Shown: positions 20,977-32,094 of the stretch, in pieces | How positions within the stretch are numbered: the first letter of the stretch is position 1 | Layout of the letters: every line of letters begins with the position of its first letter | NCBI GenBank assembly: GCA_963663765.2 | Contig: CAXXUA010000008.1 | Location: 1-64,000, forward strand | Reading direction: 5' to 3' | Source of the DNA: Candidatus Poribacteria bacterium | GTDB lineage: Bacteria; Poribacteria; WGA-4E; WGA-3G | Length of the DNA: 64,000 nt | Notes under the pieces: model-generated | The model's database searches: none | Seen by the model: the letters and a program-made list of their open reading frames with translations, nothing else | What the model was told of the DNA's origin: nothing | Translations under genes and position numbers: made by a program

Positions 20977-21141
20977 GCGTATCTCATAAATACGATTCAT
21001 TTTCAAATTCACAGGTTCACGTGTTGAGTAAATCGGGGTTAGAAACCCCTCCTACCATTTATGAGATAGGTTGTATTGTATAGAAACTCCATTAGAGCAT
21101 ATGTATTTTTACATGTATTTACAAGGATGTCAAATTAATTC

Positions 21142-22582
21142 GGGTGTGTAAAGTTTTTGCACAAACATCCCACTCTCCATTGTAGGCGAAATCAAGAAAT
21201 CAAGAAATCAACGGTATGAATGCCTTTTGGCATTCCCCGGGTATGAATGCCTTTTAGGCATTCCCCGGGTCTCTGTGCCCCGCCGCAACTGATTAAATGA
21301 GAGATTGCGGACACAGAGACCTAATGAATTTTGACGTTCAAGTTGTGTATTCGTATAGGCGTGGTTTCCACACATGATCTACGCGAACTCAAAAACAAAA
21401 CGGGTTGGGGAACCCAACCCCTACGAATACAACTACCGATTTTGATTGTCAAACTTCATTAGGTGTCAATATAAAGAAATATTGTTAATATTAACCATAT
21501 TCTTCAGTCCCGTAGGGACGCAATGTTTATAGAAATACATATCCTCACGTCTTTTTTAGTCCCGTAGGGACGATATGTTTAACCTTTTATGTCGTTCCTA
21601 CGGAACTCAAGAGAGGGGTGATAACGTCTTTCTATAAACATTGCGTCCCTACGGGACTAAAGAGAACAAAAGTTTGTACCATTTTCATATGATAATGTCT
21701 CAATAGTAGCGGAAATCTGGTAGGAGCGAACTCACGGTCGCGACCGGGAGGTCGCTCCTACCGAAGAGAGTAACCCCCTGCCAGTAAACAGTAGAATTCC
21801 ATTTTCATGTGATAATGTCTCATTAGCAGCGGAAATCTGGTAGGAGCGAACTCACGGTCGCGACCGGGAGGTCGCTCCTACCGAAGAGAGTAACCCCCTG
21901 CCAGTAAACAGTAGAATTCCATTTTCATATGATAATGTCTCATTAGCAGCGGAAATCTGGTAGGAGCGAACTCACGGTCGCGACCGGGAGGTCGCTCCTA
22001 CCGAAGAGAGTAACCCCCTGCCAGTAAAAAGTAGAATTCCATTTTCATATGATAATGTCTCATTAGCAGCGGAAATCTGATACGAGCGACATCACGGTCG
22101 CGACCGGGAGGTCGCTCCTACCGAAGAGAGTAACCCCCTGCCAGTAAAAAGTAGAATTCCATTTTCATATGATAATGTCTCATTAGCAGCGGAAATCTGA
22201 TACGAGCGACATCACGGTCGCGACCGGGAGGTCGCTCCTACCGAAGAGAGTAACCCCCTGCCAGTAAACAGTAGAATTCCATTTTCATATGATAATGTCT
22301 CATTAGCAGCGGAAATCTGGTAGGAGCGACATCACGGTCGCGACCGGGAGGTCGCTCCTACCGAAGAGAGTAACCCCCTGCCAGTAAACAGTAGAATTCC
22401 ATTTTCATATGATAATGTCTCATTAGCAGCGGAAATCTGGTAGGAGCGACATCACGGTCGCGACCGGGAGGTCGCTCCTACCGAAGAGAGTAACCCCCTG
22501 CCAGTAAACAGTAGAATTCCTTAATGAGACAAGATTTATTTGAATTGGTATTAGAACCTCTGTGCAAAAACTTTACACACCC
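21142..22582. mobile_element. Composite MITE (TIR GGGTGTGTAAAGTTTTTGCACA) containing several nested elements and the 120-bp array
   Basis: Perfect 22-bp TIR at 21142 and 22561-22582; the same end occurs at 28568 and 53012. Confidence 0.8.
21677..22550. repeat. Tandem array of 7 x 120-bp units of the same MITE family as the 156-bp array
   Basis: CCATTTT at 21679, 21799, 21919, 22039, 22159, 22279 and 22399; only the last unit keeps the right end ...TTGAATTGGTA. Confidence 0.95.
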
Positions 22583-22839
22583 AAACCATTTAATATTTAT
22601 GAGATACGCTCTAGTAAAAAAACTTTACACATACATTTATTAACAGGACTTACGCAGTTTTCATGATTTAATCAAGAATTGTGATGAAAATGATGTAATT
22701 TTCAACATTATTTGTGCTTCCAGCGCGCTTACAAAGCACGCCTACCGTTGGGTGCGTAAGTCCTGATTAACTGAAATATCCGATTTTAGCGAAACACTGT
22801 TAGTTTCTTACGAAATTCACTGTATGCCAATCCAGAACA

Positions 22840-25152
22840 TCATTTTCGTAGTAAAATCTCTGTCTTATTTATGTCAATAGCATGTTCGTAATGTTCTTCC
22901 AAGTACTCTGCAATTAGAGGATGTCGTTCTTCTACGGGAATACCGTCCACATTATCAAACCAACCCCCAGTTTTGAAGATGACCAACCGCGTCTGGTCGC
23001 GCTCAAGTGCAGAAATCACCTCCTGCTGCATGCTCGGTGTTGATGCATACGAGACCATGTGAAAACGGGTGACACTGGGTCTATTTGCGAAAAAGTAATA
23101 TGCTCCCTGACTTGTAAAGTCAAATATCTTTTCCTCTGGTTCTGTGTTTTTCTGAATGTAAGCCACTACCTCCTGTATCTGTGCGACTTGTTCGTCAGGA
23201 ATGTCCACTTTTCCTGCACGTTCCAATTCCTCAGCTGCTGTTCTTTGTGTAAACTGGTTTGACCACATCCGGTTCCACTTGCTGCTAAAGCCTTTTAATG
23301 GGTGATGTACTGCACTTGCGTACCAAAAAACCAGGACAGTCGGAATTAGTATCCAAGCAGCGTTCAACACACGTAGCCGATGTTCTCTGTCTGTCAAGAC
23401 TGATAGATGATGACGCGAACCTTCCTCTGCTCCTCTATAAAATAGTTTGTTGAGCAATCCTGATATTCCGATGTCTAATGGGAACAGACAGAGTAACCAT
23501 AGAAACGTTGAACCATACTTTAAATGTCCGATGTCGGATCTGCCAAGTGCAGTGCGGAAAAATGCTATACCCCCGAGTAGCAAAAGCAGGAGTTTCATCG
23601 CATCGTCCGGAGAAATATTCGTTCTGCAAAGTTTGCGGTATGTCAGGTATGATGCAGTAAAGATGAAAACACAAATTGGAAGATACCATCGAAATCTTTC
23701 GCTCAGGAAAAACGCTTGCCATCCGCTGTCAGAGAAAATAGAGAGGGTGTCAGATAGCAATGGAAACTTTATTCCCCAAGTAGCAAGCTGATATTTGCAT
23801 TGTATATAAGAGTTCCAGATAGCATCATCTAAAGCACCGTGTGACAGAAAATAGAGTGCTATAGGAAGAAATCCTAACAGTAGACCACCACAATAAGCGA
23901 TTAGCGGTAGTGGTCGGAGGTGCAATTGTATCCGTCGTTGTAGGCAATAAATTGTGAGAAATAGTCCTATTGCTCCGAGTGTGTATAAACCGACTTCTGT
24001 GCTGTACCAGAATGCCAAACTTGTCAAAACACCAGCGAGAATGAGTTTCCATCCAAGTCTGATTAGGTGCATTAGCCAAGTTGGTTTTTCAGTAAAATTG
24101 CGTTGCCAAGGCATAAAAAGTCCTTTCTCGCGATGGTAGGTAAGATAACTTGCAACGCATGCAAAACTGAGTAAACCGAGGCTGTGGCGGGGAGAGACCG
24201 AAAAGTTGGCACCAGAACAGATAAGGAAGCATAAGAAGGCAGTGATAAACCGTCCCCGAAAGACCTGCAATCCGAGTATATAGAGTGCAACATAACCGAG
24301 TGGACCTAAAACATCCTCCATCGTGCGGACTCCCATCAGAGTCGGTCCAAAGAACTTACTGCCGAACCAAGCCAAATATGCGTTTTGAAATAGTCCATGT
24401 TGGACATAAATATCACGGAATACAACACCTCCATGAAGCATCTCATTGAGAGGCGCAAGCCGTTCACCTTCATGGAACATATCAATACCCCCATCAATAC
24501 TGCCGCTATACATCAGCAAGTAGATAAAGACAGGTATGAGGAAGTATTCACACACACGCCGGAACAAACGCATTCCTTTTGGCATTGTGGGTGTTTCAAT
24601 TTGTGGAGAAATTGGTTCTGATGAGACGGTATCAGAAATCCCCAAAATGGGTTGAAACTTGATGCAGAATAGGACAATTTTGAATAAGAGGGTTAATCCA
24701 ATTGGAAGTAATAGTCCAAGCAATTTAGCTTGCTCAAAGTTCAATAACTGTAACCAAGACAACCATAATGGAACAGAAGCGATAGCATTTAGTTTTAGGA
24801 CACGGTCTATTGGTCGCTTTGTTTTGATGGCTGCCCATTGTGAATAGGTATGCCATGCGAACCAGTACAGCCAAATAACGATGGGGATTCCGATAAGTGC
24901 AAGCAGGTAGTAGAAGAATTCTTGTTGTTTGGGATACTGTTTAACGCTAATCCAACCGACTACCTGCGAAGTGTCATGGAAGCCAAATTCGAGATGTTTC
25001 TGGAGTGCAATTCCTATTCCTATTGCAAGGGAAACTGCTGAAATTGTGACGAGACGTACATAAGGTCGGAGGTGGACACTGAAACTTATGTTAAGGTCTG
25101 GTAGCAATTTTTGGATGGAACGGAACCGTCGTGTTTGCAGGGTGAACATCAA
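22840..25152 (-). CDS. Large polytopic membrane protein, possibly GT-C glycosyltransferase-like
   Basis: Many TM segments; FHEGE...G...FRDIYVQHG loop; C-terminal soluble YIQKNT...YYFFANRP domain. Start uncertain. Confidence 0.6.
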   Translation of the reverse strand: MMFTLQTRRFRSIQKLLPDLNISFSVHLRPYVRLVTISAVSLAIGIGIALQKHLEFGFHDTSQVVGWISVKQYPKQQEFFYYLLALIGIPIVIWLYWFAWHTYSQWAAIKTKRPIDRVLKLNAIASVPLWLSWLQLLNFEQAKLLGLLLPIGLTLLFKIVLFCIKFQPILGISDTVSSEPISPQIETPTMPKGMRLFRRVCEYFLIPVFIYLLMYSGSIDGGIDMFHEGERLAPLNEMLHGGVVFRDIYVQHGLFQNAYLAWFGSKFFGPTLMGVRTMEDVLGPLGYVALYILGLQVFRGRFITAFLCFLICSGANFSVSPRHSLGLLSFACVASYLTYHREKGLFMPWQRNFTEKPTWLMHLIRLGWKLILAGVLTSLAFWYSTEVGLYTLGAIGLFLTIYCLQRRIQLHLRPLPLIAYCGGLLLGFLPIALYFLSHGALDDAIWNSYIQCKYQLATWGIKFPLLSDTLSIFSDSGWQAFFLSERFRWYLPICVFIFTASYLTYRKLCRTNISPDDAMKLLLLLLGGIAFFRTALGRSDIGHLKYGSTFLWLLCLFPLDIGISGLLNKLFYRGAEEGSRHHLSVLTDREHRLRVLNAAWILIPTVLVFWYASAVHHPLKGFSSKWNRMWSNQFTQRTAAEELERAGKVDIPDEQVAQIQEVVAYIQKNTEPEEKIFDFTSQGAYYFFANRPSVTRFHMVSYASTPSMQQEVISALERDQTRLVIFKTGGWFDNVDGIPVEERHPLIAEYLEEHYEHAIDINKTEILLRK

Positions 25153-25435
25153 TTTTGATTACGAGGCAGTTAGTGGCCTGGTCGGTGCACCAATTTCTAT
25201 TCAATCAGGACTTACGCATTTCCCTTGATAAGGGGGTTAATAAATCGTTATTTCAGTGATTTAACTCCCTAAGTCCCCTTATCAGGGGGACTTTAAGAAG
25301 AAATGCGTAAGTCCTGTCAATTATAACATATCGGGACGAAAGCGGTCTTTTACGTTTAACTGTCTAAAACAAGAGACAAAGCCAATACCGAAAAAAAGCA
25401 CACAAACTTTGCCCAATTTTAGAATCTACAATCGG

Positions 25436-25729
25436 TTATTTCTCAACGATCACCGTTCGAGAAGAGAGTGTAACAACACCCGCAATCACGTTGATTATAA
25501 AATCGACTGGTGTGATTGCAGTCATGATTTCATAGTCGTTTGTTTGTCCTGCCATTGTATTGGTGTCGACGTTGTTAATTGGGACTATACCCCACAAGAT
25601 GTACCATTGACGCGCTGCTGTTATATCATTACCTTGTGCCCCATTCCCGACTTTGTGGATGTGTGTAGCACAACCGATAACAAACAGGATTCCTACAATA
25701 AGTAGGACTGCAGAAACTTTTGTAAACAT
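25436..25729 (-). CDS. Bor/Iss family lipoprotein
   Basis: Lipobox VIGC; RQWYILWGIVP and SRTVIVEK fit the Bor pattern; RBS AAAGGAG. Confidence 0.7.
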   Translation of the reverse strand: MFTKVSAVLLIVGILFVIGCATHIHKVGNGAQGNDITAARQWYILWGIVPINNVDTNTMAGQTNDYEIMTAITPVDFIINVIAGVVTLSSRTVIVEK

Positions 25730-25766
25730 AATTTCTCCTTTCGGTAACAGGCTTTCAAAGCCCTAA

Positions 25767-26387
25767 CTACTGACTGTTATTGATTAGATTAATAGACCCA
25801 ATTGATGATTCAATGGCTTTCAATTCTATTTTATAGACATCTTTGGGAATGTGATAATCCACCTGAAAAACTAGTGTTTCGGGGGCATCACATATCAATT
25901 TGATGAGGACAAAATCGGCAGCAATAATCATCAATTGGTGGATGCGAAAAACATCTTTCATAAAAATAGTTTGCTCAACCGCAGCGTTTGGAAAACGTTC
26001 CCGGTAAGCAGTTGTAAGAGTTAAAAAAAAAGTTTCGTCTGGTGCAATGCCTATACCATCTAATTTGGACACGGCGCACATTGCACGCGAATCTTCATTT
26101 AAAAATATCAAACGTGGATTTAACTTTATGTCCCCTATAAGTTGGGCATCCAATCTATTGATGACTTCTGCAAACATTGAATTGTCAATCGTTTTCCAAT
26201 TTTTCGGTGGTGCTATCTTGATCTTGAGCAGTGTGTCTGTTAACGCAGGCTCAAGTAAGGTTGCATCAACATTAAAAACGAGTGTTTCGTAAGGTTGTTT
26301 TTTGGCGTTAGGTGAATCACACCCAACGAAACTACTGATTATAATAGCACACAAAAAAAATTGGATTACTCTCAGTTTATCTTTCAA
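25767..26387 (-). CDS. Hypothetical lipoprotein
   Basis: Signal peptide with FVGC lipobox. Confidence 0.65.
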   Translation of the reverse strand: MKDKLRVIQFFLCAIIISSFVGCDSPNAKKQPYETLVFNVDATLLEPALTDTLLKIKIAPPKNWKTIDNSMFAEVINRLDAQLIGDIKLNPRLIFLNEDSRAMCAVSKLDGIGIAPDETFFLTLTTAYRERFPNAAVEQTIFMKDVFRIHQLMIIAADFVLIKLICDAPETLVFQVDYHIPKDVYKIELKAIESSIGSINLINNSQ

Positions 26388-26559
26388 TATCCGCTCCCAT
26401 AATGGTAGGACTTAAAGTCAAATTCGTTGTTTTCGGAACGATGTATAGAGACACTTCTTATTTTACTGATTTCTATTTTAAAATCAAGAAAAAAGTCACT
26501 TTTAGACAGAAAGTCCACTTACTAATTTTAAACAACACTCTTATTGAATAACGTTACCT

Positions 26560-26799
26560 TCATTGAACAACGTCACCTTCAACGGGTTCTACTTGTACTT
26601 TGATATTTTTCAGGTAATCGATGGCGCGTTCAATATTTTCTGATTCTCCACGGATTTCTAACATCACCCAACCTGCTTCTTCGGTAACGTTTGCGCGACG
26701 TATATTGGTGATTACCTGAAAATGTTGTCCAATGTTGTAAATAATAGGTTCAGTGATTTTTTCTGGTGGGAATGTGAGACGGACTTTTAAAGCGGTCAT
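26560..26799 (-). CDS. NIL domain protein
   Basis: VRLTFP...EPIIY...TNIRRANV....GWVMLEIRG. Confidence 0.85.
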   Translation of the reverse strand: MTALKVRLTFPPEKITEPIIYNIGQHFQVITNIRRANVTEEAGWVMLEIRGESENIERAIDYLKNIKVQVEPVEGDVVQ

Positions 26800-27273
26800 C
26801 TATATTGCTCCGTATGTTGTTGTTTGAATTGGTGTTTCAATAAAATTTGATTTTTTTTCATCCCATACAAAAGCTTTGACGACTCGGATGGTGTCTTCGT
26901 ATATTGAAATGACGAGATATGCTACGTCTGGATATGCGGGTTCACCCCACATCAATGCGTCCGATTTGTCTTTTTCAGAGAAGTATGCCTCATGGTTTGG
27001 ATGAGAGTGATAAAATGCTTTTATGGGTCGTTGTTGTGCTTCTGCTTCTTTGTGTATTGATATTAGGTCGTCAGGGTGCATTAGGTATGCCGTGCGTGCA
27101 TCGCGTGGGTATGTCTTGGGGTCATCTCTATGCATGTCGTTTTGAATATTTCTGCATGGTCTGACAAATTCCTGTGTTTCTGTATGCAAGATGACACCGC
27201 AGCATTCATTAGGAAAATCTTGCATTGCATGCTGGCAGATTTCATTAAGGGTTTTGGGTAGCAAAGTTACCAT
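26800..27273 (-). CDS. JAB/MPN (M67) metalloprotease, Mec-like
   Basis: PNECCG and YHSHP....YFSEKD JAMM motif. Confidence 0.88.
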   Translation of the reverse strand: MVTLLPKTLNEICQHAMQDFPNECCGVILHTETQEFVRPCRNIQNDMHRDDPKTYPRDARTAYLMHPDDLISIHKEAEAQQRPIKAFYHSHPNHEAYFSEKDKSDALMWGEPAYPDVAYLVISIYEDTIRVVKAFVWDEKKSNFIETPIQTTTYGAI

Positions 27274-27381
27274 AGCGTAATGATTACTTCCTGTGTAGAT
27301 CGTTTTTTGTGTGGAAATAATATTTTGACAAGTAACAGTTCATGAAGGCATAACTCGTAAACAATGGCTAAATTATCAACA

Positions 27382-27650
27382 CAGGACTTACGCAGTTTTC
27401 ATGATCCAATCAAGAATTAAGACGAAAACGATGTAATTGTCAGCATTTTTTAGGTTTCCGGCGCCAAATCAAGAAATCAACGGTATGAATGCCTTTTGAC
27501 ATTCACCGGGTATGAATGCCTTTTGGCATTCCCCGCCTACAAAGCACCAAATCAAAAAATCAACGGTATGAATGCCATTTGGCATTCCCCCAAATCAACG
27601 CCGAATGCGCCTATGGCATTCCCCGCCTACCGTTGGGTGCGTTAGTCCTG
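27382..27650. mobile_element. MITE family A copy carrying nested ~35-bp mini-elements
   Basis: Family A TIRs with inserted CAAATCAA...GGTATGAATGCC..GGCATTCCCC units. Confidence 0.8.
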
Positions 27651-27671
27651 AGCAATTATGTTTTGCGTATA

Positions 27672-28532
27672 TTACCGTATTCTCCGTTTTACTTGTTGAA
27701 AACGGGATGAGTTGGATCGTAGTTCTTGTTTTGCAGGTAACCCATTTATCTGTGTGCGTATATTTGATATCCGTTCCTTATGTATTGGATGCGTGGATAG
27801 AAGTTTTTTCAAGGCAGAGGGTTCTTTAGGCTGCAATTTTTGTAGTGTTTCAAAGAAGTGTATGCCACCCTCGGGGGTAATACCTACATCATAGACATTT
27901 TGTACGCCATAGAAATCAGATTCTCGTTCATTGTCCCGACTGTATTTAAACAACCAACCAGTTGACAAGATATCTGCAACCAATTTTTTTAGTTCGCTTG
28001 AGTCTTCATCTAAAATGATCTGTTTTAGTAACTCAATTCCATAGATCTTTGTCAGTTTCTTCATGGAGTGCTGTCCTACAATATGTCCAATTTCGTGTGC
28101 TAAAACGAATGCTAACTCGGATTCGGTTTGGACTGCACGGATAAGACCGAGATTAACGTAGATAAAACCTCCTGGTACTGCGTAAGCGTTGATATCTTTT
28201 GAGTCGACGACTGTAAAGATATAGCGTATATTGTTCCGCTTGCTGCGCTTGACAAGTGCCTGTCCGAGGTCGTTAATATAGGAAGTTACAATTGGATCGG
28301 TGTAGAACTTTACTTTTCGTGCATGCTGTTCAGCATATTCTTTGCCAAACTGCAATTCCTCTTCGTCGGTGAAGATGTTTACATCGGTAATTCCTTCCAT
28401 AAGGGAATTACCGACTTGTCCAATAGAGCACGAATTGAAACAACTCAGGCATAAAAGTAGTATACAGGCAAGACCAGTTTTGTTTACATATTTATGTAAA
28501 GACTTTGCGAAGGGAAAATAATTATATCTCAT
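27672..28532 (-). CDS. M48 family zinc metalloprotease
   Basis: INAYAVPGG, LAHEIGH, SRDNERESD and LSTHP. The ORF-track start (28598) lies inside a MITE, so the start was moved. Confidence 0.88.
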   Translation of the reverse strand: MRYNYFPFAKSLHKYVNKTGLACILLLCLSCFNSCSIGQVGNSLMEGITDVNIFTDEEELQFGKEYAEQHARKVKFYTDPIVTSYINDLGQALVKRSKRNNIRYIFTVVDSKDINAYAVPGGFIYVNLGLIRAVQTESELAFVLAHEIGHIVGQHSMKKLTKIYGIELLKQIILDEDSSELKKLVADILSTGWLFKYSRDNERESDFYGVQNVYDVGITPEGGIHFFETLQKLQPKEPSALKKLLSTHPIHKERISNIRTQINGLPAKQELRSNSSRFQQVKRRIR

Positions 28533-28567
28533 TGATTTACCAATTATACCAGAAAATGGATTTAAAA

Positions 28568-29122
28568 GGGTGTGTAAAGTTTTTGCACAGAGGTACAAAC
28601 TTTTGTTCTCTTTAGTCCCGTAGGGACGATAAGTCTATAGAAAGACGTTATCACCCTCTCTTGAGTTCCATAGGAACGACATAGAAGAATAAACATATCG
28701 TCCCTACCAAATCAACGCCAAATGCGCGTATGGCATTTGGCGGGACTAAATAGGCGTGGGAACTCGTTTTCTATAAACATATCGTCCCTACGGGACTGAA
28801 GAGTATGGTTGATATTAACGATATTTCCTTATGTTGACAACACCTATGGGTCCTGTTCCCGCAATCACTTATTTAATCAGTTGCGGCGGGGCACAGAAAC
28901 CCTAATGAAGTTTGACAATCAAAATCGGTAGTTGTATTCGTAGGGGTTGGGTTCCCCAACCCGTTTGGTTTTTGAGTTTGCGTAGATCATGTGTGGAAAC
29001 CACGCCCCTACGAATACACAACTTGAACGTCAAAACTCATTAGGTGTCAACTTAAGAAAAAAGTGTTGGTGTTTCTTTTGTGGGAGGGGTTTTTAACCCC
29101 TCCCACAAAAGAAACACCAACA
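28568..29122. mobile_element. Composite MITE block, largely an inverted copy of 21270-21680
   Basis: Reverse-complement identity, including CTAATGAA(G/T)TTTGAC TIR element and GTCCCGTAGGGAC hairpins. Confidence 0.8.
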
Positions 29123-29123
29123 C

Positions 29124-30376
29124 TAGTAGATAGTCCATTCTAATTGTTCGGGTATAGATGTTTTAATCGTACGCGTGCATCGTCCGTTGTAAATTGCCAG
29201 TTTACCTGCTTTTGCTCTGCATTTCGCCGTTTTTGCCAGGCTTGTGTCTCTCTATGGAGTGTCTCTATATCTGGGATACGCCGACACAAACATTGACGCG
29301 TAAGGACACTCAGTTCTATTTCCGCTATATTCAACCAACTTCCATGTACTGGCGTATGCACGATTTCTAAACGCTTACGCAACCTATTTGCTTCCTCATC
29401 TCCAAACACTTTATTGAGCGTCGAAAGTTTGTGTATATTCAGGTTGTCACAAACTAAAATCACACTTTTTGCTGATGAGTAGTCCTGATCCAATAGTATT
29501 TTTACTTCTTCTGCCCAATCCTCTGCCTTTCTGCGCGTCCGAACAGACACACGCCTCCATCCCGATAATGCTTCTGTGAATAGGAAGATATTTGCCGTGC
29601 CTTTGCGTTTATACTCATTATCTACACGCTTGACTTGCCCCGGTTTCACAGGATGCGGATCCCGAACATCATCCCTAAGCGTGACAGATTGTTCGTCCAT
29701 GTTCACAACAGGTATTTCTGTATCTAAAGGTTTCTGGTAAAGATCAAGCACTTCTTCCATCGACTTTACAAACTCAGCATCTTTTTCAGGGGGAATCACC
29801 CACTGTTGCTGAAGGTGCGGCTTCAAAGCGTTTTTTTTAGTGTCTGTCTTACCGTTTCTGGAGAAATGCTTTCCACGATTTCAAGTCTTACCAATTCTGA
29901 CGCAAGTAGGCGTAAAGTCCATTTAGCAGCACCTTCGGGAGGTTCGCTACAACTCAGTGCTATCAAGCGTGCTTCAGCTTCACCATCAAGTTTACGAGGT
30001 GTGGGAGGATGCTCTCGCTTAGCACGAAATAAGACACGAGAAAAACCACCTACAGCAAAACGCTTACGCACTTTCGCGACTGTCCTATCAGTGCACTCAT
30101 ACGCTTCAGCTATTTTCCCATCAGTCCAACCGGGACCATTGACATCTGATTTCAGCAAAATATGAGCATTCCTTATCTTATACGCCTCTTTTTTACCTGT
30201 GTTTATACAATCTAACAACTCCTGCCGCTCCGAATCAGTGAGTTTTACAACATATTTCTTAGTCAAGGTTGTGTTCCTCCTTAAGTTTTGCTATACTATA
30301 AGAGAAAAACTCTTGTTTGTCAAGATACTAAGAAACAAAAAAATAAATACAAACTTTTAGTATGGACTATCTACTA
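29124..30376 (-). mobile_element. IS630 family insertion sequence
   Basis: Perfect inverted ends CTAGTAGATAGTCCAT (29123-29138) / ATGGACTATCTACTAG (30362-30377); TA within CTAG; two overlapping transposase ORFs. Confidence 0.9.
29140..30266 (-). CDS. IS630 transposase (HTH ORF 29823-30266 + DDE ORF 29140-29826, joined by probable -1 frameshift)
   Basis: A8 slippery run (CTA AAA AAA AC) gives LKKNALKPH; DDE triad MDE / CDN / AEIE is intact. Confidence 0.88.
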
Positions 30377-30377
30377 G

Positions 30378-32023
30378 TCTATCAATTGTATTAACGAAAA
30401 TCCAAATATAATCTACCTCATGAACAGGACCAGCACTGGCGGTTACACCCAAGAGTGTACTACCATCCCGATCGATCCCCATATTTTTTATCCATAGCGC
30501 ATTCTGTTGGACAACTGTTAGCAGGTCCCCACAAGAATTGAAGTTTATCCAAGGATCCGGTATCTGGTCTGGGGCAAATGGTATTCCATCCGGATCCGGC
30601 AGCATATTGGCTTCATTAAAGTTAATTTCGTGTGTAACAATGGGATATGGTAACCCACTTGCATGTCCGATGCCTTCTACATTTTGAGAAGATATAAAGA
30701 CATCCTTTCGAGATGGATTTATAGAGGTGTGTGAACCCTTTACATAAAATCCGCGATATTCTTCAAATACTGTGAAGCCGTCCCCTGTATACATATTGGT
30801 ACCTGGGCCCGTTTCACCATCTGCCCACGGGTCGTAGTTTACATTCATATCAGCAGAACTCAATAACAAATCAAGACTATGTGATACCGGATTCCAGCCA
30901 TCTGCAATATCGTTTCCATTATTGTCTAAAGGAATACTAATCTCATTAGTCGCATTCCCTTCCCATGATGTGCTCCCTGAACTGGGGTCTTCGTAGTTAA
31001 AGGTAGCACTTGCTGATAAAATGCCGACTGCCGCATAATCGTTAACACGGACAGTGACAGTAACACTACTATTTCCGCCCTCCGTTTCTGTGATCTCTAA
31101 TCCTATCTCAACTGGTTGACCCGACACATTATTTTCCTCACCCGGAACCTCTATCGGACGCTTCACCGTATACGTATATCCCGAACCACTCGCGTTATCT
31201 TCTTTGCGGAAAAACAGATCATAGGTCTCTTTTACATTTTCATAGGTCTCTTTTACATTTTCATAGGTCTCTTTTACATTTTCATAGGTCTCTTTTACAT
31301 TTTCATAGGTCTCTTTTACATTTTCATAGGTCTCTTTTACATTTTCATAGGTCTCTTTTACATTTTCATAGGTCTCTTTTACATTTTCATAGGTCTCTTT
31401 TACATTTTCATAGGTCTCTTTTACATTTTCATAGGTCTCTTTTACATTTTCATAGGTCTCTTTTACATTTTCATAGGTCTCTTTTACATTTTCATAGTCT
31501 CTTTTACATTTTCATAGGTCTCTTTTACATTTTCATAGGTCTCTTTTACATTTTCATAGGTCTCTTTTACATTTTCATAGGTCTCTTTTACATTTTCATA
31601 GGTCTCTTTTACATTTTCATAGGTCTCTTTTACATTTTCATAGGTCTCTTTTACATTTTCATAGGTCTCTTTTACATTTTCATAGGTCTCTTTTACATTT
31701 TCATCGGTATCTCCATTAAAATTCATGCAGACACCTTTCCATTTTGAAGGTGTTCCAAGATCAAACGTAAACCGGACATTCGTAAATCTTGTAATGTTTT
31801 GACCTGTCGATGTCGTGCCTTTGAGCGTAGCAACAAATGACGCATTCGTTTTATATTCAGGGCGCCACTGCAACCATGCTTGCGGATGCATCGGTTCAAG
31901 ACTCAACTCAAACGTTGGCGTGTTGGTTTATATGTTTGTCTCTATCGAGCAAACAGGTAAGTAAAATGGTGAACAAATAGCCAAAGCTAAAAGTATCAAT
32001 GAAATAATAAGACTCTTTCGCAT
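30378..32023 (-). pseudogene. Large secreted protein (DNNGNDIADGW / GDGFTVFEEYRGF type) with an in-frame stop, a VNTR frameshift and IS truncation
   Basis: Signal peptide from the ATG at 32023 (MRKSLIISLILLAL); TAA at 31928-31930 is in frame with ORF 31906; homologous to 35340-36203; 3' end cut by IS630. Confidence 0.8.
31220..31701. repeat. 21-bp VNTR x23 (CATAGGTCTCTTTTACATTTT), encoding ENVKETY on the minus strand
   Basis: 482 bp = 23x21-1; unit 14 (at 31493) lacks one G. Confidence 0.95.
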
Positions 32024-32094
32024 AATATTCTCCTAATTCTGTTTGGATGATTATCTTCTCAATAATTACAATAAATGATTTCACCAACTTCTCT

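Noticed and set aside
21677-22550. CRISPR or ncRNA gene array
   Set aside because: No variable spacers; derived from the same MITE.
31116-31517. Plus-strand ORF with IGLFYIF repeats as a membrane protein
   Set aside because: It is the antisense reading of the VNTR; paralogue homology supports the minus strand.
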